Source of the DNA: Chloroflexota bacterium
Lineage (GTDB): Bacteria > Chloroflexota > Dehalococcoidia > DSTF01 > JACRBR01
Direction of reading: 5' to 3'
Assembly (NCBI GenBank): GCA_028872875.1
Contig: JAGWOC010000001.1
Location: 49,983-113,982 of the forward strand
DNA: 64,000 bases
Under the pieces are notes generated by a model, which worked only from the letters and a program-made list of their open reading frames with translations, made no database searches and was not told where the DNA came from. This document shows, one piece after another, positions 1 through 7,381 of this stretch (positions are counted from its first letter, which is position 1; the number at the start of each line of letters is the position of its first letter). The position numbers and the translations under genes were made by a program.

Positions 1-600
1 CCCCGACGCGTCGTCCGCTGCCTGCTTGCAGTTGCCGATGCCCGGCTTGTCGATGCGGGCCGGCATGATATTGCCGGCCCCAAGTCCCGCCTTGAGGAAG
101 TCGAATTCAAGTTCGACCTGCTTGCCATAGTCGAACTTGACATGCACGGCCCAGGGGACCGCGCCGCCACCGCCACTCTGCCCCGCGACCGCGCGCGCGC
201 CGACGCTCGGCGATCCGATGTGCAGGACGCCGGCGAAGAACCGGGGCGCCGGCCGCGACAGGACCACCTCGAAGAACCCCGGGTCCCCGGCGTGCGGGCC
301 GCTCTGCGGCGGGTTGTTGACGCTGACGCTGGCCTGATTGACCCCGTTGACGAATCCGTTGCGGCCGGCGTATTCGGTGGCCGCGCTGATCGCCTGCGTG
401 CGGTTGGCGCTCGTGGCATAGCTCTTCGCCGCCGCCAGCGCCGCGAAGTCCGCCGCCGTCTGGCTGGCGGAACGCTGCGTGTACGCCTGGCCGGCATCGA
501 CGGCGAGCGCGAGCAACCCCAGGATCACCGGCACGATGAGCGCGGCAAGGACAAGGACTTGACCGGATTGACGGCTGTGGAGGCGGTAGCAGAGGTTCAA
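1..600 (-). CDS. TadG-like Flp/Tad pilus assembly protein, N-terminal part; gene runs off the window start (C-terminus outside window)
   Basis: Not in the ORF track (no in-window stop, no ATG). Hand translation of the minus strand in the frame with codons 594-592, 591-589... gives LCYRLHSRQSGQVLVLAALIVPVILGLLALAVDAGQAYTQRSASQTAADFAALAAAKSYATSANRTQAISAATEYAGRNGFVNGVNQASVSVNNPPQSGPHAGDPGFFEVVLSRPAPRFFAGVLHIGSPSVGARAVAGQSGGGGAVPWAVHVKFDYGKQVELEFDFLKAGLGAGNIMPARIDKPGIGNCKQAADDASG, open down to position 1. A hydrophobic N-terminal segment followed by an AVD.G motif is typical of TadE/TadG (Tad_N) proteins. A candidate TTG start at 600-598 overlaps the TGA (599-597) of the upstream tadE-like gene. 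Confidence 0.5.
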   Translation of the reverse strand, partial: MNLCYRLHSRQSGQVLVLAALIVPVILGLLALAVDAGQAYTQRSASQTAADFAALAAAKSYATSANRTQAISAATEYAGRNGFVNGVNQASVSVNNPPQSGPHAGDPGFFEVVLSRPAPRFFAGVLHIGSPSVGARAVAGQSGGGGAVPWAVHVKFDYGKQVELEFDFLKAGLGAGNIMPARIDKPGIGNCKQAADDASG

Positions 601-1013
601 TGCACAATCACCATCGTCGAAGATGCGCGGAGCGTCATCGGGCCGATCCCGATCAGACCCCCGAAGAGCGGCCGGTACTGGTACGTCACCTGCACGGCGA
701 CCGGGCTGCCATCGCTGTTTGACCCCTGCGGCCACGTCGGCGTCACGGCGATGTCCGGCGCCGGAAAGCTGCGCGTGAACTGCTCGACGTGCGTCACGAG
801 GTCCGCTTCGTTGACACCCGGCCCGATCGGCGTCGACGACGCGCCGCCGTGCACGATCCCGTAGCGCGCACCCTCGCGCGCGGCATTGGCGATCGTGTTG
901 TAGGCGAACACCGCCCGTGCCCCGTCGATCGTCGCAAGGACGAGCAGCATCAGCAGCGGCGCGATCAGCGCGAACTCAACGAGACTCTGGCCACCATCCC
1001 GCCGCCGGCTCAC
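597..1013 (-). CDS. TadE/TadG-family Flp pilus assembly protein
   Basis: 138-aa ORF with N-terminal SLVEFALIAPLLMLLVLATIDGARAVFAYNTIANAAREGARYG, the TadE-like signature. Its start overlaps the stop of the upstream paralog (ATGA at 1010-1013). Confidence 0.8.
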   Translation of the reverse strand: MSRRRDGGQSLVEFALIAPLLMLLVLATIDGARAVFAYNTIANAAREGARYGIVHGGASSTPIGPGVNEADLVTHVEQFTRSFPAPDIAVTPTWPQGSNSDGSPVAVQVTYQYRPLFGGLIGIGPMTLRASSTMVIVH

Positions 1014-1462
1014 TGGAGCACCTTCGATGCCGCCCTGCTGTGGAGCTGGAACGTCGTAGGCAGCAGCGGCCAGCGGACCAGTGTGCTGTACTGCTGCTGC
1101 ACGTCAACCTGCACCTCGTCACCGCCCGACTGGTCGGCGGCCTGCACCACCGTCACGGTGGCGCCGGAGGCCGCGAGGTCGCTCCCGGCGAACGCCGCGT
1201 CCTCCATCTGCTGCTGGTAATTGCCGCTCTGCTGCACGTTCTGGTTCGAATTCGGCGGGTTGATGGAGGCGTACGCGGCGCCGTTGCGGGCGGCCTGGCT
1301 CACCTGCACCGCCCGGTAGTACACGCGCCCGTAGTCGACCGCGCCGAGGACGAGCAGCAGCAGGATCGGCGCCGTCAGCGCGAACTCGACGAGCGCCTGG
1401 CCGCGCTCGCCCGGCGCCGGGCCCCTGCCGCGCCGAAGCCTGTGCATCTGCCAACGCGTCAT
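1010..1462 (-). CDS. TadE-like pilus assembly protein (second paralog)
   Basis: The reading frame lies inside the longer track ORF 1010..2116. The likely start is ATG 1462 (MTRWQMHRLRRGRG...GQALVEFALTAPILLLLVLGAVDYGRVYYRAVQVSQAARNGAAYAS), and the TadE signature is clear. The upstream part of the track ORF is Arg-rich junk. Confidence 0.75.
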   Translation of the reverse strand: MTRWQMHRLRRGRGPAPGERGQALVEFALTAPILLLLVLGAVDYGRVYYRAVQVSQAARNGAAYASINPPNSNQNVQQSGNYQQQMEDAAFAGSDLAASGATVTVVQAADQSGGDEVQVDVQQQYSTLVRWPLLPTTFQLHSRAASKVLQ

Positions 1463-1615
1463 CGTTCGTCCACCTGCTGGAGATATCGGTATAGATTGGT
1501 GATTCTGAAGACACGGCGCCCGGCGCTTGCCCCGGCGCCGGCTCCCGGCGCACACTGGCCCTACGGCTCCCGCACCCCTCCCGGGGCGCGGCCGCACGAC
1601 GAACTGAGGCAGACC

Positions 1616-2236
1616 ATGGACGAAGAGGGCAAGGACCACCGCTGGTTCGCCGCGTTCTACGCGCTCGAATCGCGCGTCACCGAGCGCGGCAAGATGGCCG
1701 CGACGCGCCGCCGCCTGCTCGAAGGCCTCTCGGGCGACGTGATCGAGCTGGGCGCCGGCACCGGCGCGAACTTCGAGCACTACCCGCCCGAGGCCCGCGT
1801 CATCGCCATCGAGCCCGACCGCCACATGCTCAAGCGCGCGCAGGCGAAGCTGGCGGCGCTCGGCGCAGCCAATATCGACGTCCGCCGCGCGCCCGCGGAG
1901 CACCTGCCGTTCCCGGACCACTCCTTCGATGCCGCCGTCGTCACGCTCGTCCTCTGCACGGTGTCCGACGTGCCGCAGTCCCTCGCCGAGCTGCGCCGCG
2001 TGCTGCGCCCCGGCGGCGAGCTGCGCTTCATGGAGCACGTGCGCGGCGAGGGCGCGCTCGGGCGCATCCAGGGATTCGTACAGCCCGCCTGGGGCTGGTG
2101 CAGCGCCGGCTGCCACCTCGACCGCCGCACAGAAGACGCCCTCCGCGCCGCCGGCTTCGAGCTGACCTCCGTCAAGCGCTCGAAGCTGATGCCCTGGCTG
2201 CCCATGGTCCGCGGCGTCGCCAGGGCCCCCGCGTGA
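1616..2236 (+). CDS. class I SAM-dependent methyltransferase (Methyltransf_11-like)
   Basis: MDEEGKDHRW... contains VIELGAGTGANFEHY (SAM-binding motif I) and LRPGGELRFMEH. The start ATG 1616 lies in-frame inside track ORF 917..2236, whose N-terminal part is GC-frame junk. Confidence 0.8.
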   Translation: MDEEGKDHRWFAAFYALESRVTERGKMAATRRRLLEGLSGDVIELGAGTGANFEHYPPEARVIAIEPDRHMLKRAQAKLAALGAANIDVRRAPAEHLPFPDHSFDAAVVTLVLCTVSDVPQSLAELRRVLRPGGELRFMEHVRGEGALGRIQGFVQPAWGWCSAGCHLDRRTEDALRAAGFELTSVKRSKLMPWLPMVRGVARAPA

Positions 2237-2682
2237 GCCGCCAGGCCCATCTGGGCATCGACGTCGTGGTCGCGCGCACCCCCGCCCAGCGCGCCGACGC
2301 CCTCCGCGTCCGCATCGCCGTCTTCTGCGACGAGCAGGGCATCGCCCGGGAGGACGAGCTGGACGCGCTCGACGCCGACGCCGTGCACGTCGCCGGCTAC
2401 CTCGGCCCCGCGCCCGTCGCCGCCGGCCGGCTCGTGCTCGCCGAAGGCCGCGCGAAGGTCGGCCGCATGGCGGTGCTGCGCGAGCATCGCGGCCGCGGCT
2501 ACGGCGCCGCGATCCTCGCCGCGCTCGAGCGCGAGGCAGCAGCGCGCGGCATCCGCGACATCAGCCTGAGCGCGCAGCTCCACGCCGCCGGCTTTTACGA
2601 GCGCGCCGGCTACCGCCGCATCGGCGACGTCTACGACGAGGTCGGCATCCCCCACGTCGCGATGGAGAAGCGGCTGGGGTAA
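2233..2682 (+). CDS. GNAT family N-acetyltransferase
   Basis: The likely GTG start at 2233 overlaps the methyltransferase TGA (GTGA). AGRLVLAEGRAKVGRMAVLREHRGRGYGAAILAALEREAAARG is a GNAT acetyl-CoA binding motif (R/Q-x-x-G-x-G/A). Confidence 0.8.
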   Translation: MSRQAHLGIDVVVARTPAQRADALRVRIAVFCDEQGIAREDELDALDADAVHVAGYLGPAPVAAGRLVLAEGRAKVGRMAVLREHRGRGYGAAILAALEREAAARGIRDISLSAQLHAAGFYERAGYRRIGDVYDEVGIPHVAMEKRLG

Positions 2683-2782
2683 GCGTACTGGCGCGGCAGC
2701 TCTCTCGACCACGCCTTCAACCGATCGCGCCGCCGCTATATACTCACGCCACATTTCAAGCATCACGGAGCCAGACGCGGAG

Positions 2783-4087
2783 GTGCACGTGGGGACCGAT
2801 GGACACCCGGGGCCGCTGGCGGGCGTGCGCGTGCTCGAGTTCTCGGAGATCATCGCCGCGCCGTTCGCCGGCACCCTCCTCTCGGACATGGGCGCCGACA
2901 TCATCAAGGTCGAGCCGCCCGCCGGCGACCCCTGGCGCGGCTTCCAGCCGCTCGGCCTGCGCGAGGGACGCGGCTACATCTCCCTCAACCGCGGCAAGCG
3001 CGGCATCACCCTCGACCTCAACGCGCCGGAGGGGCGCGAGATCATCCACCGGCTCGTGCCGGACATGGACGCCGTCATCGTCAACTATCGCCCGGACGTC
3101 GCCGCCAAGCTCGGCATCGACTACGCCACGCTGTCGGCGATGAACCCGCGCCTGATCTACTGCGACAACACCGCCTTCGGTCGCAAGGGGCCGTACGCGC
3201 ACCGCCCCGGCTACGACCTGATCGCGCAGGCCGTCACCGGCCTGATGTCCGTCGAGGGCCGCCAGGAAAACGGCGTGCCGCTGGTCAACGCGCTCCCCTC
3301 CGCCGACATCTCGACCGGCGTCGCCATCGCCTGGGGCATCTGCGCGGCGCTCTACGCGCGCGAGCGGCGCGGCCACGGCCAGCGCATCGACACGACGCTG
3401 ATGGCGAGCGCGCTGGCGATCCAGGGCACGCGCTTCATGTCGATCGAAGCCGTCGACGCGGAGCAGCGCGAGGAGGCGCTCGCGAAGATCGACGAGCTGC
3501 GGCACAACGGCGGCTCGTACAAGGACCAGCTCGACACCATGCTCGCCGTGCGCCCGGCCATCGGTAACATCTACTATCGCTGCTACAAGACGGCCGATGG
3601 CTTCATCGCCGTCGGCTGCCTGAGCACGCCGCTCCGCGTCAAGCTGCTCGCCGCGATCGGGCTCGAAGACTGGCGCATCGGCAAGCACCCGGACGAGATC
3701 GACCCGGCCGACCCCAACGTCCAGCAGTACGGCAAGCACCTCGTGGCGCAGGCCGAGGCGATCTTCGCCGCGAAGGCCACCGAAGAGTGGCTGGGCATCC
3801 TCGACGCCGCCGGCGTGCCGGCCGGCCCGCTGCGCTTCACCGAGGAGCTGCTGGACGACGAGCAGGTGGTCGAGAACGGCTACGTCGTCAGCGTCGACCA
3901 CCCGCTGATGGGGCCCGTGCGCATGGCGGGGCCGATGATCCAGATGAGCGAGACGCCGCTCGCCGTGCACGGACCGTCGCCGACGCTCGGCCAGCACACC
4001 GACGAGGTGCTGCGGGAGCTGGGCTACGACGACGCACGCATCGAGGACCTGCGAGCGCGGGGCATCGTCGGCTCCCCGCCGGCATAA
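2783..4087 (+). CDS. CoA transferase family III (CaiB/BaiF-type)
   Basis: 434 aa with N-terminal GVRVLEFSEIIAAPFAGTLLSDMGADIIKVEPPAGDPWR, typical of family III CoA-transferases. GTG start. Confidence 0.85.
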   Translation: MHVGTDGHPGPLAGVRVLEFSEIIAAPFAGTLLSDMGADIIKVEPPAGDPWRGFQPLGLREGRGYISLNRGKRGITLDLNAPEGREIIHRLVPDMDAVIVNYRPDVAAKLGIDYATLSAMNPRLIYCDNTAFGRKGPYAHRPGYDLIAQAVTGLMSVEGRQENGVPLVNALPSADISTGVAIAWGICAALYARERRGHGQRIDTTLMASALAIQGTRFMSIEAVDAEQREEALAKIDELRHNGGSYKDQLDTMLAVRPAIGNIYYRCYKTADGFIAVGCLSTPLRVKLLAAIGLEDWRIGKHPDEIDPADPNVQQYGKHLVAQAEAIFAAKATEEWLGILDAAGVPAGPLRFTEELLDDEQVVENGYVVSVDHPLMGPVRMAGPMIQMSETPLAVHGPSPTLGQHTDEVLRELGYDDARIEDLRARGIVGSPPA

Positions 4088-4321
4088 GCGCCGGTGCGTG
4101 CTGACCGCCCCACCGCCGTAGCGAAGGAGCTTCAGCTCCGCTCTCCGGTGTGCCACACCGCCTGTACTCCGCCCGCGCAGGCGAACGCCGTCCGAGCCTG
4201 GACCGCCACGGCCCGCTCCCCATGACCGCCCGGACCCGCAACCCTGACCCAGGCGGCCCTTGCACGCGGCGCGGCCGAGGCGGGATGATACGGAAGAGCC
4301 GCGCGGGGTGGAGGTGTGACC

Positions 4322-4555
4322 ATGCCCGAAGACCCGAAAGACAGGCAGCCAGAGCGGATCGCGCTGGCCTACGAGGCGCTGAAGGGCGAGTGCCCCGCCT
4401 GCCGCGCCCAGATCGGGCCGGACTGGCAGTTCTGCGCGCACTGCGCGACGCGCCTCGCCACCCGCTGCCCGGGCTGCGGCGTCCCGCTGCCGCCGGCCGG
4501 CTCAAGCCGCTGCGGCCACTGCGGCATCGAGCTACCGGCAGCGCAAGCCCCGTAG
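4322..4555 (+). CDS. zinc-ribbon domain small protein (double Cys-x2-Cys pairs)
   Basis: GGAGG at 4307-4311 lies 10 nt before ATG 4322. The 77-aa product has CPACRAQIGPDWQFCAHCATRLATRCPGCGVPLPPAGSSRCGHCG, which is four CxxC pairs. Confidence 0.55.
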   Translation: MPEDPKDRQPERIALAYEALKGECPACRAQIGPDWQFCAHCATRLATRCPGCGVPLPPAGSSRCGHCGIELPAAQAP

Positions 4556-4581
4556 GGCAGCCTTCGCCGCGCGCGCGCCCG

Positions 4582-5934
4582 TTACCCCACGTCGACCAGC
4601 CGCTCGCGCAGCGCGTCCACGAGGCCGGCGACCGGCACCCGCACCTGCGCCATGCTGTCGCGCTCGCGGATCGTCACGGCCTGATCCTCTTCGACGGTCT
4701 GGAAGTCCACCGTCACGCAGAGCGGCGTGCCGATCTCGTCCTGCCGCCGGTAGCGCCGGCCGATGCTCTGCGCGTCGTCGTACTGCGTCATCCATTGTTG
4801 CCGCACGCGCGCGTAGACGTCGCGCGCCGTCGGCGTGAGCTTTTCGTTGCGGCTCAGCGGCAGCACCGCCACCTTGACCGGCGCGATCGCCGGGTGCAGG
4901 CGCAGCACCACGCGCTTCTCGCCCTTCTCGTCGACCTCCTCGTCGTACGCGTCCGCCAGGAACGCCAGCAGGCAGCGGTCGACGCCCAGCGACGGCTCGA
5001 TGACGTGCGGCACGATGTGCTCCTTGCGCTCGTCGTCGTAGTAGTTCAGGTCCTTGCCGCTGAACTTCGCGTGCTGCATCAGGTCGAAGTCGCCGCGATT
5101 GGCGATGCCCTCGAGCTCGGCCCAGCCGATGGGAAACAGGTACTCGACATCGGACGTCGCGCTGGAGTAGTGCGACAGCTCGTCGGGCGTGTGCGCGCGC
5201 AGCCGCAGCCGGTCCGCCTTCATGCCGAAGCGCGCGTACCACGCCATGCGGTCGCGCATCCACTGCTCGTGCAGGCGCGCCGCGTCCTCCGGGTGGCAGA
5301 AGTACTCGATCTCCATCTGCTCGAACTCGCGCGTGCGGAAGATGAAATTGCGCGGCGTGATCTCGTTGCGGAACGACTTGCCAACCTGCGCGACGCCGAA
5401 GGGGAGCTTGCGGCGCGTCGTCGTCAGCACATTCTCGAAGTTGACGAAGATGCCCGCCGCCGTCTCCGGCCGCAGGTAGACGGTCGCCGCGTCGTCCTGC
5501 ACCGGCCCGACGAAGGTCCGCAGCATCAGGTTGAACATGCGCGGCTCGGTGAAGGTGCCGCGCTGCCCGCACGACGGACAGACATCCGAGTCCAGCTCGT
5601 CGGCGCGGAAGCGCGACTTGCAGGCGCGGCAGTCCACCATCGGGTCGGTGAACGTATCGAGGTGGCCGCTGGCGCGCCAGACCTCCGGGTGCATGAGGAT
5701 GGCCGCATCGAGCCCGACCATGTCGTCGCGCTCCTGCACGTTGGCGCGCCACCACGCCCGCTTGACGTTGTTCTTCATCTCGACGCCGAGCGGGCCGTAG
5801 TCCCAGGCGCCCGCCAGGCCGCCGTAGATCTCGCTGCTCTGGAAGATGAAGCCGCGCCGCTTGCAGAGGGAGACGAGCGTCTCCATGTCGACGCGCGCGT
5901 CGACGGCGGCGTCGCCGCCCTTCGCATCCGTCAC
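4582..5934 (-). CDS. glyQS: glycine--tRNA ligase (dimeric alpha2 type)
   Basis: 450 aa with METLVSLCKRRGFIFQSSEIYGGLAGAWDYGPLGVEMKNNVKRAWW and class II aaRS motifs. GTG start at 5934 is preceded by GGGAGG (5 nt spacer). Confidence 0.95.
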   Translation of the reverse strand: MTDAKGGDAAVDARVDMETLVSLCKRRGFIFQSSEIYGGLAGAWDYGPLGVEMKNNVKRAWWRANVQERDDMVGLDAAILMHPEVWRASGHLDTFTDPMVDCRACKSRFRADELDSDVCPSCGQRGTFTEPRMFNLMLRTFVGPVQDDAATVYLRPETAAGIFVNFENVLTTTRRKLPFGVAQVGKSFRNEITPRNFIFRTREFEQMEIEYFCHPEDAARLHEQWMRDRMAWYARFGMKADRLRLRAHTPDELSHYSSATSDVEYLFPIGWAELEGIANRGDFDLMQHAKFSGKDLNYYDDERKEHIVPHVIEPSLGVDRCLLAFLADAYDEEVDEKGEKRVVLRLHPAIAPVKVAVLPLSRNEKLTPTARDVYARVRQQWMTQYDDAQSIGRRYRRQDEIGTPLCVTVDFQTVEEDQAVTIRERDSMAQVRVPVAGLVDALRERLVDVG

Positions 5935-6137
5935 GTGAACCTCCCGCCCTGGGTGGGCGATGACTCAGCCGCGACGCACCCCGGGCCGGCCGTCTGGCCG
6001 CCGTCGCCGACTTGTAGCGCAGGGTAACAGACGGCGCACGCCGTCAGTAGGCAGCGCCCCATCCCGCCAACAACAGCGACCGGCGACCGGTTTGACACCC
6101 CTTCGGGCTCGGCCATACGATGCCCGGAGCAGCGCGC

Positions 6138-6497
6138 ATGCAGGGAGGTGCCGTGCAGGAGGGACAGCTCAAGCTCGTCGTCATCATCACGTCGGACGCC
6201 GACGCCGAGAAGCTCACGCGGAAGCTCGTCGAGCAGGGCTACCCGGCGACGAAGATCAGCAGCACCGGCGGCTTCATGCGCAAGGGCAACGCCACGATCC
6301 TGTCCGGCGTCGAGGCGAACGAGGTGGACCAGATCGTCGCCATGGTGCACCTCGAGTGCTCGGCGCGCACCGAGTACGTGCCCGTGCAGACGCTGCCGTT
6401 CTTCGGCGAAGGCTCCGTGCTGCAGGAGCCGATCGAGGTGCGCACCGGCGGCGCCATCCTCTTCGTGCTGGACGTCGAGCGGTTCGAGAAGACGTAG
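6138..6497 (+). CDS. darA: DarA/PstA-type cyclic-di-AMP receptor (PII-like, DUF970)
   Basis: LKLVVIITSDADAEKLTRKLVEQGYPATKISSTGGFMRKGNATILSGVEANEVDQIV...GGAILFVLDVERF aligns along its length with the B. subtilis DarA pattern KLIVAVVQDQD...[23 protein letters not shown]...GGATVFVLPVDEF. The start is uncertain (ATG 6120, ATG 6138 or GTG 6153; GGGAGG at 6143-6148). Confidence 0.7.
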   Translation: MQGGAVQEGQLKLVVIITSDADAEKLTRKLVEQGYPATKISSTGGFMRKGNATILSGVEANEVDQIVAMVHLECSARTEYVPVQTLPFFGEGSVLQEPIEVRTGGAILFVLDVERFEKT

Positions 6498-6508
6498 AAG
6501 TTGTCAGT

Positions 6509-6536
6509 TCATAGTGCATAGTCCATAGTTCATAGT
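6509..6536. repeat. tandem heptad repeat (N-CATAGT)x4, AT-rich, 12 nt after the TAG stop of the darA-like gene
   Basis: The sequence tCATAGTgCATAGTcCATAGTtCATAGTcc was read directly. The same CATAGT motif recurs on the opposite strand at 63543-63561. Confidence 0.8.
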
Positions 6537-6591
6537 CCGGCCACGCACTGTTCACTCTCAACCGTTCGCCGATCGCTCAAGTCAGTCACGC

Positions 6592-7353
6592 ATGCACGCG
6601 AACGCCTCCCTCGACGACATCACTGCGTTTCTCGACGAGCTGCTCGGCGTGCGTGCGTACGCCGTCCCCGAGCCCGGCGCCAACGGCCTGCTCTACCGCG
6701 CTGGCCCCGGCGTCACGAAGGTCGCCGTCGCCGTCAACACCTCGATCACGACGATCGTCGGCGCGGCGAAGGCGGGCGCGCAACTGCTCGTCGTCCATCA
6801 CCCGCCGTGGGAGGACACCGACCGCCACCTGCGGCACGAGAAGCTCCTCGCGCTCGAGGCCGCCGGCATCTCGCTCTACGCCGCGCACGCCTCGCTCGAC
6901 TGCGCGCCGAAGGTCGGCAACGGCTGGGTGCTGGCGGATCTGCTCGGGGTGCCGGTCGAGGCGACGTTCGGTGAGTACCACGGTGGTCACGCCGGCGTCA
7001 TCGGCACGGCGGACGGCACGTTCGCGGAGCTGATCCAGCGCGCCTCGGCGCGGCTCGGCGTGCAGGTCGAGGCGTACCAGCACGCGCCGTCGTTCGGGCG
7101 CATCGCCATCGTCACGGGCGCCGGGGGCAACACCGGCGACATGGACGAGGCGCGGCGCCTCGGCTGTGACACCTACCTGACGGGCGAGGGCAGCATGTTC
7201 ACGCGGCTCTTCGCCAAAGAGACGGAGATGAACCTGATCTTCGGCACCCACCAGGCGACCGAGGCCCCTGGCATCCGGGCCCTCGGCCAGCGCATCGCCG
7301 ACGAAGCCCAGATCCCGTGGGAGTTCATCGCCGAATCCAGCGACGTCTTCTGA
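6592..7353 (+). CDS. Nif3-like dinuclear metal centre protein (GTP cyclohydrolase 1 type 2 homolog, YqfO/YbgI family)
   Basis: 253 aa carrying LLVVHHPPW, AAHASLD and ERLFAKETEMNLIFGTHQATE, the His/Glu-rich metal-binding motifs typical of NIF3. Confidence 0.8.
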   Translation: MHANASLDDITAFLDELLGVRAYAVPEPGANGLLYRAGPGVTKVAVAVNTSITTIVGAAKAGAQLLVVHHPPWEDTDRHLRHEKLLALEAAGISLYAAHASLDCAPKVGNGWVLADLLGVPVEATFGEYHGGHAGVIGTADGTFAELIQRASARLGVQVEAYQHAPSFGRIAIVTGAGGNTGDMDEARRLGCDTYLTGEGSMFTRLFAKETEMNLIFGTHQATEAPGIRALGQRIADEAQIPWEFIAESSDVF

Positions 7354-7381
7354 CCAAGGCGGCGAACCGGCGACCAGCCGC

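Noticed and set aside
107-607. Track ORF on the minus strand at the window start (MCIEPLLPPPQPSIRSS...).
   Set aside because: It is out of frame with the clearly coding TadG-like frame recovered by hand translation. The translation is Arg/Gly-rich junk.
2756-4441. Long minus-strand ORF (561 aa), and similar long ORFs at 4150..6027 (+), 12733..14850 (+), 14579..16564 (+), 20029..23307 (+), 21332..22996 (-), 38148..40019 (-), 56240..58972 (-), 19337..20167 (-) and 24241..25218 (-).
   Set aside because: All are antisense or alternative-frame readings of homology-supported genes (CoA-transferase, glyQS, GT4, beta-helix, GH15, proS, the giant surface protein, the ABC permease, LLM). They have Arg/Ala/Gly/Pro-dominated low-complexity translations typical of a 70% GC genome and no recognisable motifs.
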